From NCBI GenBank assembly GCA_031269485.1, contig JAISZC010000135.1, positions 1 through 62,212 on the forward strand: a stretch of DNA of 62,212 nt. The letters are read 5' to 3'. Shown piece after piece: positions 53,702-62,212 of this stretch. The DNA is from Deltaproteobacteria bacterium (GTDB lineage Bacteria; Desulfobacterota; Desulfarculia; Adiutricales; Adiutricaceae). The notes beneath the pieces are model-generated. The model saw nothing but the letters and a program-made list of their open reading frames with translations, made no database searches and was not told the DNA's origin. Each line of letters opens with the position of its first letter. The first letter of the stretch is position 1. The translations under genes were made by a program, and so were the position numbers.

Positions 53702-53825
53702 CGGCCGCGTCGGCCCTCCGCCGCCCCGCCGACCTGACGGGGCGCGGGGGCGCCTTTCCGGCCGTTTCGCTCTTTCGGCCGCCGCTCCGGCCCGCCGGCC
53801 GGCGCGGACGCTCTGCGAGGTTTTC

Positions 53826-54467
53826 ATGAGCTTTGGCTTCGCCGTCTTCGATTTCGACATGACTCTCATCGATTCCATCAAGCCCCTGACCATCAGCGCC
53901 AACCTCTTGGCCAAGGAGTTCGGGCTCGCGGAAGTCAAGTACGAGCAGGTCTACGACGCGGAGGTCTCGGTCAAGAACTGCACCTTCGAGCTGCTGTGGT
54001 CGGCCTTGTGGGGCCGCTGCGATCCGGCCTGGTATCCGGCCTACTTGGATCACATGACCGAGGCCGAGTATCGGGCGATGGAGCTTTTTCCCGGCGCCCG
54101 CGAGACGCTCGAGGAGCTCGTCCGCCGCGGCGCGCGCCTGGGGCTGGCCTCCAACCGCGATTATCCGGCCAAGGCCCTCCAGGCTCTGGGCGTGGACGGA
54201 CTCTTCGAGGCCGTGGTGGGCCAGTTCGACGTCGCCAACGTCAAGCCCGCGCCTGACATGATTTTGAAGACTTTGGCGCTTCTGGGCGCCCGGCCGCAGG
54301 ACGCCCTGTACGTCTGCGACTCGCGGGGCGATCTGCTGGCGGCGGCCGCCGCCGGCGTCAAGACCTTCGCCATGAGCACCGGCGGCCATCCGGTCGAGGA
54401 GCTTTTGAGCCTGGGCGCCTGGAAGGCCGGCGACCAGCTCGCCGACATCCTGCCCTGCTTCGTCTGA
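53826..54467 (+). CDS. HAD-superfamily phosphatase (phosphoglycolate-phosphatase-like, HAD-IA)
   Basis: 213 aa. Motif I FDFDMTLIDS, motif II LASNR, Lys motif KPAPD, motif IV VCDSRGDL. Confidence 0.8.
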   Translation: MSFGFAVFDFDMTLIDSIKPLTISANLLAKEFGLAEVKYEQVYDAEVSVKNCTFELLWSALWGRCDPAWYPAYLDHMTEAEYRAMELFPGARETLEELVRRGARLGLASNRDYPAKALQALGVDGLFEAVVGQFDVANVKPAPDMILKTLALLGARPQDALYVCDSRGDLLAAAAAGVKTFAMSTGGHPVEELLSLGAWKAGDQLADILPCFV

Positions 54468-54627
54468 AGGCCGCCGGGCCGGTTCGGGCCGAAACGCCAG
54501 GCCGGGCCAAGGCCCGCCGGCTTGGATTCGGTCCGCTTTTTCAAGTTAGCCGCAAACCGCGCCGCCGCGAAGCGTCGGCGTTCAAACCTCAGCTTGCTGG
54601 GCTATAGTCCCAAGGAGATTTCACCGT

Positions 54628-55866
54628 ATGTCAAAAATGGACGTTTCGAAGATGCTGCGCTTCAAGCCGACCAACACGGCCGAAGCCAATGAAAAGTACA
54701 TCAACGCCGCATCTCTGAATAAATTAGCCAAAAATGCCTATGAAACCAGCGACGCCGACTTTGTTAGGGCTCAAATCAAGGAAGTCATGGAACAGAACTA
54801 CGATTTGGGCGAAGTTTTAGAGGTCTACGAGATTTTCGGCGGCTACGTCAACCGTAGTTTCGGCGTGATCTGCCGTAAAGACGGCAAAAACGAGGACTAC
54901 TTCGTCCGCAAGTATAAGGCCAAATTCAACACCGAGGCCAATCCCGATGACATTCTTTATGAGCACAATCTAATCAACTTTTGTTTAGGCAACGGGCTCA
55001 AGGAAGCCGCCAAGGTCTACCAGTCCAACAACGGCACCACCATGGTCAGCCTGACGGACAAGGACGAGAACGGCAAGCAGATCAAGCGCTACTTCGCCGT
55101 TTACGACTACCTGCCCGGCGAGGACAAGTGGACTTGGGTCAACAACGAAAACAACCCCACCGAGTTCCGCAACATCGGCGCCTTGCAGGCCCGGTTCCAC
55201 CTCTACGGCCAAGGCTTCGAGCCGGGCCGGCTGGCCAAGGCCGAACCGAAGATTCAGCACCTGCTGCCCTCCTTTGTGGACTTGTTCTCCAAATTGGCCG
55301 CCCGCGACGTCCCCGACTCGATTTTTCACGCCACCTTCAATTCAAAGCTGCCGAGGATCATCGAGGTCATCAAGTCCAACCAGATCCCCGACGACGCGTT
55401 CAAGCAGATGCCCGAAACCCCCATCCACAGCGATCTGCACGCCGGCAACGTCAAGTGGGTGGGCGAGGAGTGCACCGGCATCTTCGACTTCGACTGGTCG
55501 AAAATCGACGTGCGCCTCTTTGACATCGCCTTCGCCCTGATCTACTGCTGCTCCTCATGGCGGCCCGAGACCGACGGCATCCTGCGGCTTGACGACTGCC
55601 GCTACTTCCTGGAAGGCTACAACAGCCAGCTCAAGAAGCTCCAGGGCCTGCCGCCGCTCAACGCGACGGAGAAGCAGCATTTCCCGACCATGATGGCCGC
55701 CGGCTGCCAGTATCTGATCAATTGGTGCACGACTCTTTATTTCTACGAGGATCCCACCATCGTCAACGACTACGAGGCGCTTTACTACCTGCTGCACATC
55801 ACCCGTCTGATGGACTGGATTGAAGCCCACAAGTCCGATTTGGCCAAGGTGGTGGAGGGCGTCTGA
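54628..55866 (+). CDS. APH / choline-ethanolamine-kinase-fold phosphotransferase, paralog 1
   Basis: 412 aa (AAGGAGA SD). Nucleotide-binding GGYVNRSFGV...FVRKYK. Catalytic loop HSDLHAGNV. Metal-binding FDFDWS. Confidence 0.78.
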   Translation: MSKMDVSKMLRFKPTNTAEANEKYINAASLNKLAKNAYETSDADFVRAQIKEVMEQNYDLGEVLEVYEIFGGYVNRSFGVICRKDGKNEDYFVRKYKAKFNTEANPDDILYEHNLINFCLGNGLKEAAKVYQSNNGTTMVSLTDKDENGKQIKRYFAVYDYLPGEDKWTWVNNENNPTEFRNIGALQARFHLYGQGFEPGRLAKAEPKIQHLLPSFVDLFSKLAARDVPDSIFHATFNSKLPRIIEVIKSNQIPDDAFKQMPETPIHSDLHAGNVKWVGEECTGIFDFDWSKIDVRLFDIAFALIYCCSSWRPETDGILRLDDCRYFLEGYNSQLKKLQGLPPLNATEKQHFPTMMAAGCQYLINWCTTLYFYEDPTIVNDYEALYYLLHITRLMDWIEAHKSDLAKVVEGV

Positions 55867-55932
55867 GGAGCCCCTGGCTGGGGACGGTCCTGGTGACGTC
55901 TCACCGTTTCGCAACATTTTAGGAGGTAACGC

Positions 55933-56994
55933 ATGACCGAAAAATCTCCGCAGGCTGTATTGGACGCCAAGCAGCTCAAGCATGCCAAGAGAGGCATCTT
56001 TGCGGGCGTGATGTCGGGGATCCTCTGGGGGGCCTCGGGCACAGTCCTGGGGATGGCCATCGGCTTTGAGCCTTTGGCCAGCGCCCAGGGGTCGCTTGAA
56101 GGCGACGCGCTGCTGTGCACGCTGGTGGCCATGGCCTTGTGCGGGGCCATCCTGCACGATTTCTTCGCCTCTGTCTGGGTGGCCGTCCACAACATCAGGG
56201 CCGGCAAGTTCAAAGAGTACGGCCGGACCCTCCGCACCAAGCCGGGCAAGATGGTTTGCCTCGGGGCCATCCTGGGCGGCCCCATCGGCATGAGCGGCTA
56301 CCTGCTGGGCATCACGTTCGTCAACGCCGCCTACGCGCTGCCCATCACGGCCGCCTATCCGGCCGTGGCCGCGGTGCTGGCCACCATCTTCTTCAAGGAG
56401 CGCAACCCGGCCCGCGTCTGGGTCGGCGTGGTTCTCTGCATCTTGGGCTCTTTTCTGGTTTATTACGCGCCCATGGAAGGCGACAAGGGCGCCTTCTTCA
56501 CCATCGGCATGGTTTTGACCACCTTGGCCTGCATCGGCTGGGCCACTGAGGGCCTGCTGTCGACCTACGGCATGGACATGCTCGATCCCGACATCGCCCT
56601 GGGCATTCGCGAGGGCGTGAGCGCCTTGGCCTATCTGATCTTCGTGCTCCCCATCGTCACGATCTTCATGACCACCAAATTTGGCTCCGCCACCCCCATC
56701 TGGGAGCTGGTCGTCGGCTGCTTAGGCTCTTCGGCCTTCCCCATCTACGCCTTCGGCGGCTTTTTGGGCGGCTTTTCCTACGTCTACTGGTATAGGGCCC
56801 TCAACATGACCGGCGTGGCCCGGGCCATGGCCCTCAACGTGACGTACGCCTTGTGGGGCGTCATCTTCGCCGGCCTGTTCACTGGCTTTGTGACCACCGC
56901 TCAGCTGTTCATGGGCGCCGGGTCCATCGCCGTCGGGGCCATCTTGGTTTCGGCCAATCCTCGCGAGCTCTTCAAGCTCAGAGACGTCAAGTAA
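55933..56994 (+). CDS. DMT-superfamily (EamA-like) 10-TM transporter
   Basis: 353 aa (AGGAGG SD). Two homologous halves of about 5 TM segments each, rich in Gly/Ala/Leu. Confidence 0.65.
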   Translation: MTEKSPQAVLDAKQLKHAKRGIFAGVMSGILWGASGTVLGMAIGFEPLASAQGSLEGDALLCTLVAMALCGAILHDFFASVWVAVHNIRAGKFKEYGRTLRTKPGKMVCLGAILGGPIGMSGYLLGITFVNAAYALPITAAYPAVAAVLATIFFKERNPARVWVGVVLCILGSFLVYYAPMEGDKGAFFTIGMVLTTLACIGWATEGLLSTYGMDMLDPDIALGIREGVSALAYLIFVLPIVTIFMTTKFGSATPIWELVVGCLGSSAFPIYAFGGFLGGFSYVYWYRALNMTGVARAMALNVTYALWGVIFAGLFTGFVTTAQLFMGAGSIAVGAILVSANPRELFKLRDVK

Positions 56995-57006
56995 AGGAGG
57001 AGCTCC

Positions 57007-57288
57007 ATGGCAGTATTACCCCTCCGCTTCAGGATTTTGCACATCGTCAACAAAGCTGCGGGGAAGCCCTTGAAGACCGACGAGATCTACAAGGAACTCT
57101 ACGACGAGTACTCCGGCGAGGGCCAATTCAGCCTCGATCTGATGGAAAGCCACCTGATGAGCATCAAGGCCGTCGGCCTGATCGACGCCGTCGATCCTTA
57201 TTTCGACGAGCTGGGCGAGGCCCGCTACAAGTACATCATCACCGAAACAGGCACGGCCAGGACCAAGTACCTGCCAGCCCAACTCTAA
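57007..57288 (+). CDS. Small hypothetical protein, possibly winged-helix-like
   Basis: 93 aa. Strong AAGGAGGAG SD, 12 nt after the transporter stop. No family recognised. Confidence 0.55.
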   Translation: MAVLPLRFRILHIVNKAAGKPLKTDEIYKELYDEYSGEGQFSLDLMESHLMSIKAVGLIDAVDPYFDELGEARYKYIITETGTARTKYLPAQL

Positions 57289-57302
57289 ACCCTTTCGTTT
57301 TC

Positions 57303-57346
57303 GGCGGGAGGCCCGCGGTCCGGGCCTCCCGCCGATTGCATTTTTT
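57303..57346 (+). terminator. Strong stem-loop followed by a displaced T-run
   Basis: Perfect 13-bp stem GGCGGGAGGCCCG/CGGGCCTCCCGCC (57303-57333) with a 5-nt loop. A T7 run begins 7 nt later. Confidence 0.55.
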
Positions 57347-57666
57347 TCCGTCTGACGCCAAGCCCGCGCTCCGCCGACGGGGCCGGCGCCGAACGTCGGA
57401 GTTCGAGGCTGCCCTTGGCGGCCGGGCGGTTTTTTTCTCGCGGCGTAGCGCTCGTTCGCAAGCCGCGCCGCGGAGCCCGAAAAAAAACGACGACGGCCGC
57501 GTTCGGCGCGTCAGTCGGGGCGCCGCGAGTCCAGCCGGGGGGCTGGAAGGCCGCTCAGGCCGCCAGCCGCAGGAAGCGCGGCCGATTTTCGGTCAGACGC
57601 GGGTGAAGGGCCTTTTTCTAAACTTTCTCTCTGCGAGTCGTTCGCAGGTTTACCTTGGGGTAGAGC

Positions 57667-59103
57667 ATGAATTTCTATAATTTTTTTACTGACGACCAGA
57701 AAAAAAATATCCATGAGGCTTCGCTGACCATACTTGAAGAAACCGGCATGATCGTGAAAAACGTCGATGCCTTGGAAATCTTCAAGACTCATGGTTGCCA
57801 AGTCGACGGCAAGCGGGTGAAGTTTCCGCGCAAGCTGGTCGAGGAAAAGATCAAGTCCGTGCCGCCGACCTACACCTTCACGGCCCAAGACCCTGACCTC
57901 GACGTCACCTTGCCCGGCGATCGCCCTGTCATAGTCACCGGCTCTTCGGCGCCCAACGTGATCGATCCGGTGACCGGCGAAGAACGGTACGGCACCAGCC
58001 GCGACGTGGCCAACATCGCCTATCTGATCAACGAGCTGCCCGGCTTCGACGTTTTTTCCATATCCATATTGGCCGACGACGCGCCGGCCGACATGCGTTC
58101 GCTCTACCGCTTCTACCCGGCGCTGAAGAACTGCCGCAAGCCGGTCCGTTCCAACACGCCCTCCATTCCGGACCTCGAAAAAGTTTTGGATTTGGGCTAC
58201 ACTGTCGCAGGAGGCAAGGAGGCCTATTTCGCCAGGCCGTTCATCAACCACCATTACTGTCCGGTCATCTCCCCGCTGACGTACGACGTGGAATCGACCG
58301 CGTCCATGATATATCTGGCCAAGCTGGGCCTGCCGGTCTACGGCACCATCGTCCCCAACGCGGGCATGACCTCGCCGATGAGCCTTTTGGGCACCCTGAC
58401 GATGGGCAACGCCGAGTATTTGTCGCTGGCCTTCCTGATGCAGGCCGTCAGGCCCGGGACGGGCGTCATCTACGCGGTGCTCTCGACGGTGGGCGACATG
58501 CGCAACGGCGACTACGCCCCGGGCGCCATCGAGACGGGCATTCTGCAGATGGGCCACTCCGAGATGGCCCGGTGGTACAACGTGCCCTCCGGCGGGTACA
58601 TAGGCCTGACCAACTCGCAGTCCAACGACGTCCAAAACGGCTACGAAACCAGCCTCAACACGTCCGCGGCGCTGCTGGCCGGCTCGGATTTGTTCAACAT
58701 GGGCGGCCTGCTGGGCGGCCTGATGGCCTTCGACTTCGCCAAGGCGGTCATCGACAACGAGATCGCCATGAACCTCAAGCACCTCAAGAAGGGCATCGTC
58801 TACGACGAGAACGACTTTTGTCTCGAGCTCATCGACAAGACCGGCCCGGGCGGCAATTACATGGTCCTGCCCCATACGGCCAAGAACCTCAGAAAAGTCA
58901 CCCACTACCCGTCCATCGGCGTCCGCGGCTTCAGAAGCAAGTGGATCAACGACGGGCGGCCCAACGCGGCCGACCAGGCCACGGCCCTGGCCAAGAAGAT
59001 CTTAGGCAAGCCCAATCCCAAGGCCTTCTCGGAGGAGCTGGACAAGAAAATCCGTGATCACATCCCCGGCCTGCCGGAAGGTTTGGCCGTCTGGTACGAA
59101 TAA
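57667..59103 (+). CDS. MttB-superfamily methyltransferase without an amber codon (non-Pyl type; substrate unknown)
   Basis: 478 aa. It is collinear with the interrupted mttB over its whole length and has Leu where the other gene has TAG (…VPSGGYIGL-TNSQ…). Confidence 0.8.
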   Translation: MNFYNFFTDDQKKNIHEASLTILEETGMIVKNVDALEIFKTHGCQVDGKRVKFPRKLVEEKIKSVPPTYTFTAQDPDLDVTLPGDRPVIVTGSSAPNVIDPVTGEERYGTSRDVANIAYLINELPGFDVFSISILADDAPADMRSLYRFYPALKNCRKPVRSNTPSIPDLEKVLDLGYTVAGGKEAYFARPFINHHYCPVISPLTYDVESTASMIYLAKLGLPVYGTIVPNAGMTSPMSLLGTLTMGNAEYLSLAFLMQAVRPGTGVIYAVLSTVGDMRNGDYAPGAIETGILQMGHSEMARWYNVPSGGYIGLTNSQSNDVQNGYETSLNTSAALLAGSDLFNMGGLLGGLMAFDFAKAVIDNEIAMNLKHLKKGIVYDENDFCLELIDKTGPGGNYMVLPHTAKNLRKVTHYPSIGVRGFRSKWINDGRPNAADQATALAKKILGKPNPKAFSEELDKKIRDHIPGLPEGLAVWYE

Positions 59104-59422
59104 GGCGAACGCGCGCCTGCGCGGCCGCGCCCCTCGCGGGCCGGCCGCGCCGCCTTCGACGGACCGGGCGGCCGCCGACCGTCCGATCCGCGCCGTTCGG
59201 CGGCGTCCGGTGGGCGGCGCCCGCGAACCTTGAGTCTTTGGAACGAAGGTTGATCGATGTGAAAAACCACAGTTAGGGTCAAAATCATCAAACTTTGACG
59301 CCTATTGTCAAGGTATTATTTTAATCATTAAGCTAAAATGGGATTTTTGCACATCGATCAAGGTTGGCCGTACACTGAACGAATTGGCCGTCCGCAGCCA
59401 AGCCAAACCAGGAGGTTGACCA

Positions 59423-60634
59423 ATGGATACGACTAACATGAAGCGCATTGGAGAAATAAAACAGACCCAATTTGAGAAATTTCGTGAATCATTGGTTAAA
59501 ATCAAAAAAAAGGTCGATCTTCTGTATAATTACGTTGAATCTCAGGTTTTGCATAATCAAATAGTTGAGCTTTTTAAAAATTATAATTTAGGTGAAGTTG
59601 AAGAGATATTTGAGGTCTTCGGCGGCTACACCAACCGTAGCTTCGGCGTTATTTGCCGCCAGGGCGACGTCCGAACCGAGCACTTCGTCCGCAAATATAA
59701 AGTCGAGGCGACGCCGGCCGACGTCCTGATGGAGCACAGTCTAATCAATTACGCCGTAGCCCACGGATTCCAGGAGGCGGCCGACATCGTGTTGGCCCAG
59801 GATGGACGCAGCTACGTCGAAATCAAGGAACTCAAAAACGAGAAGGAAGTAAGTCGCATTTTCACCGTCTACAGGTACCTCCTGGGACGGGACAAATACT
59901 CCTGGATCGACAACAAATGCACGCCCAAGGAGTACAAGAACCTAGGCGCCCTCTTGGCCCGCTTCCACCTGTCGGCTCATGACTTCAAGCCTTCGGACCA
60001 GGCCCATAAGACCGAGCCCAAAGTTGAAGTGCTGCTGCCAAGCTTGGCCAAAACTTTTTCCGAACGCGCCGCTCAGCCTATTCAAAGTCAGTTTCACGCC
60101 TATTTCGCGTTCAACCTGCCACGCTTGCTCGAGCATATTGAAAAAAACGCTTTGACGGACGACGAGTACGCGCAACTCCCTACGTGTCCCATTCATGGCG
60201 ACTATCACGCCGGCAACGTCAAGTTCGACGGCGAAGAAACGGTTGGTCTCTTCGATTTCGACTGGTCCAAGATCGACGTTCGCCTCTTCGACGTCAGTTT
60301 GGGGATGGTCTACTGTTGCGGCTCGTGGGACATGGTCACCGATGGCCAGCTGCGTTTGGACGACTGCCGTAGCTTTCTGGACGGCTACAATTCAACTCTC
60401 AAAGGCACGGTTTTTTCGCCACTCAAGGAAATAGAAAAAAATACCTTCGTCAAAATGTTGGCCAACGCACATATTTATCTGGTTTATTGGCTCACCGAGC
60501 TGTGGTACTACCTAGATCCCGATAACATCAACGATTACGAGGCCGTCTCGTACCTGACGCATTTCCTCAGAGGCCTCGGCGGGGTGGAGGAAAACGCTTC
60601 GGCCCTCAATTGGCTGGCGCGCTCCCAAGCCTGA
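59423..60634 (+). CDS. APH / choline-ethanolamine-kinase-fold phosphotransferase, paralog 2
   Basis: 403 aa (AGGAGG SD). GGYTNRSFGV...FVRKYK, HGDYHAGNV and FDFDWS. A clear paralog of 54628..55866. Confidence 0.78.
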   Translation: MDTTNMKRIGEIKQTQFEKFRESLVKIKKKVDLLYNYVESQVLHNQIVELFKNYNLGEVEEIFEVFGGYTNRSFGVICRQGDVRTEHFVRKYKVEATPADVLMEHSLINYAVAHGFQEAADIVLAQDGRSYVEIKELKNEKEVSRIFTVYRYLLGRDKYSWIDNKCTPKEYKNLGALLARFHLSAHDFKPSDQAHKTEPKVEVLLPSLAKTFSERAAQPIQSQFHAYFAFNLPRLLEHIEKNALTDDEYAQLPTCPIHGDYHAGNVKFDGEETVGLFDFDWSKIDVRLFDVSLGMVYCCGSWDMVTDGQLRLDDCRSFLDGYNSTLKGTVFSPLKEIEKNTFVKMLANAHIYLVYWLTELWYYLDPDNINDYEAVSYLTHFLRGLGGVEENASALNWLARSQA

Positions 60635-60815
60635 GGGGCTGCAGGCCGCGGTTTGGGGCTACGGCCGCCGGACTTTTTTCGGTTTTTTTCTCGCGGCCCG
60701 GCCGCGTCCGTTTGAATCAGGCCGTCGTCCCGGTTTCGGCCAGGCCGCGGCTCGGCCGCTCCGGCCTGTCGAACTGCCGGCGCGACGCCAGCCTCGCCGA
60801 AATGTCCAGCCTCGC

Positions 60816-61577
60816 CTAAATATCCCGCCAGCCCATGAAGGCCTTGATGTTGCCGTAGAAAACTTTTTCCAGCTCCGAGGGGGCCAGTCCGCTGACCTCG
60901 GTGCGTAGCATTTCCGCCTCATGACGGTGGAAGGGCGCGTCGCTGCCCCAAAAGAGGCGCTCGGATCCCACGCGTCGGCAGGCTTCGAGAATCTTTCCGG
61001 GCATGGGCATGCCCGAATTTTCCAGCCAAATGTTCTCGCGTCGTCGCGCCGTCTCAATGGCGGCCTGGATGTAGACGCCGTGTCCGTGCCCCATGTGGAC
61101 CATCACGAAGCGGGCGGCGGGAAAGCGTTCTGCCAGTTGTCCGATGCTCCACGGCAGCGAGAAGGGCGGATGGCCGCTGTGGACGAAGATTGGCAAGTCC
61201 CGCTTTTGGGCCGCCTCGACCAGCGGAAAGACGCACTCGTCGTCGGCCACGAAGGCATTGAACAGAGGATGCAGTTTCAGGCCCTGAATTTGCTTGGCCT
61301 CGGCCAGCTCGACGAGCTTGTGGACGGCCGTCTCGCCGTCGGCGGGGTTGAGCCAGGCCAAGGCCGCGAACTGGTCGGGCCGACGGCGCTGGGCCTCCAA
61401 AGTCGTCCGGTTGTCGGGGTGGCTGATGATGGTCCTCTTGACGCCTAAGCGAGCCATGATTTCGCACATTTCCTCGGCGCCGACGGAGACGCCGCACCAG
61501 GACCCGAAGGCGCCCACGTGGGCGTGCGCGTCGATTTTGGGCGAGTCGGACGGGATGTAGCGGCCTGGCTGGTGCAT
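60816..61577 (-). CDS. Amidohydrolase-2 family metal-dependent TIM-barrel hydrolase
   Basis: 253 aa. KIDAHAHVG near the N-terminus, VHSGHP, VMVHMGH and GSDAPF form the typical His/Asp metal-ligand pattern. The stop codon is TAG. Confidence 0.7.
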   Translation of the reverse strand: MHQPGRYIPSDSPKIDAHAHVGAFGSWCGVSVGAEEMCEIMARLGVKRTIISHPDNRTTLEAQRRRPDQFAALAWLNPADGETAVHKLVELAEAKQIQGLKLHPLFNAFVADDECVFPLVEAAQKRDLPIFVHSGHPPFSLPWSIGQLAERFPAARFVMVHMGHGHGVYIQAAIETARRRENIWLENSGMPMPGKILEACRRVGSERLFWGSDAPFHRHEAEMLRTEVSGLAPSELEKVFYGNIKAFMGWRDI

Positions 61578-61822
61578 ATCTTCTCCTGCGAGGCGGTGGC
61601 CCGCCGGACGTCGTCAGCCCGACGGGGACGAGGCGACGTCTGGGGCGCCAAGGGGTTTGGGCGGCTGGGGCGGCGCGCGAGGTCGTCCGCGACTTAAGCG
61701 GCCATGGGGTGGCCATAGCGGCCATGGGGCGAAAAACGGGAGCAGGCCAAGAGCCTTGGATGGAAGGCGAAAAGGACGCCGCGACGCCAGACGGGACTTC
61801 CACGCTCGTCCCGCCGGCCGCC

Positions 61823-62212
61823 TCAGTCCGTCGAGCTTCGCAGCAGGTTTTTGACGTCGCGCGACGGGGGCGCGCCGAAAAGCCGGGCATACTCGCGGCT
61901 GAACTGCGAGGGGCTTTCGTAGCCTACCTCAAAGGCCGCGTCGGCCGCGTCGCGCCGTTCGGCCAGCATCAGGCGGCGAGCCTCGATGAGTCGCAGTTTT
62001 TTCAGAAACTGCAAAGGGCTCATGGCCGTCAGGGCCCGGAAATGCTTGTGAAAGCTGGAAACGCTCATGCCGGCCATTTTGGCCAAATCTTCGACTTGGA
62101 CGGAGCGGCGGAAGTTTTCCTTGAGCCAGCCGATGGTCGCGGCCACGTTGCGGCCGTTGCCGCCGGACTCGGCGACGCGTCTGAGGATCAGGCCCTGCTC
62201 GCCGATCAGCAG
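61823..62212 (-). CDS. AraC-family transcriptional regulator; N-terminus lies outside the window
   Basis: C-terminal HTH_18 region ...VEDLAKMAGMSVSSFHKHFRALTAMSPLQFLKKLRLIEARRLM...VGYESPSQFSREYARLFG. The frame stays open to the window edge. Confidence 0.85.
   Translation of the reverse strand: MLIGEQGLILRRVAESGGNGRNVAATIGWLKENFRRSVQVEDLAKMAGMSVSSFHKHFRALTAMSPLQFLKKLRLIEARRLMLAERRDAADAAFEVGYESPSQFSREYARLFGAPPSRDVKNLLRSSTD

Noticed and set aside
52181-53938. 585-aa minus-strand ORF spanning the mttB region, and the similar 57511..58905 ORF over the second MttB gene
   Set aside because: Both are antisense to clear MttB-family coding sequence, and the translations are low-complexity (G/A/D/L/H-rich). 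The minus-strand ORF does bridge the TAG position, but that does not make it real.

Overview
This is a high-GC bacterial chromosomal window with about 50 genes and several sharply AT-rich patches. All calls come from reading the ORF translations and the DNA by eye. Family names rest on remembered motifs, not on searches.

Layout, left to right:
- **1-11.1 kb, minus strand:** a K/A-rich repeat protein (partial), uvrA and aroQ. An AT-rich island carrying a lone ADP-ribosylglycohydrolase-family gene follows, then a candidate sigma54-dependent small RNA, then an aroA-aroE-aroK/B(fusion)-aroC operon.
- **11.5-20.9 kb, plus strand:** cheY-cheA, a secreted hypothetical protein, an M3 oligoendopeptidase and a PAS hybrid histidine kinase.
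- **21.4-37 kb:** plsC with a duplicated 5' end, and a 3-gene operon (RdgC-like / unknown / DUF3696-like ATPase). Next come two PilZ genes, cysE, a CPA2 antiporter, a flavin reductase and a flavodoxin-like gene. The stretch ends with an NCS2 permease behind a clear cobalamin riboswitch, tRNA-Lys(CUU), an O-antigen-ligase-like gene and a GT2 gene.
- **37.3-51.4 kb, minus strand:** a 16-gene ethanolamine-utilisation microcompartment (BMC) locus, ordered eutS-P-B-C-L-E-M-M-J-pduM-eutN-Q-T-A-pduS-pduT.
- **51.8-60.6 kb, plus strand, divergent from eut:** an MttB-family trimethylamine methyltransferase gene interrupted by a single in-frame TAG at the expected pyrrolysine position. It is followed by a HAD phosphatase, an APH/choline-kinase-fold kinase, a DMT transporter, a small protein, a second uninterrupted MttB-family gene and a second kinase paralog.
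- **60.8-62.2 kb:** an amidohydrolase and a partial AraC regulator.

Most interesting, in order:
1. The amber-recoded mttB.
2. The unexplained methyltransferase/kinase/phosphatase/transporter module next to the B12-dependent eut BMC.
3. The B12 riboswitch controlling a purine-type permease.

No CRISPR array, rRNA, transposase or integrase was seen. Many long ORFs in the track are GC-rich antisense shadow ORFs and were not called.
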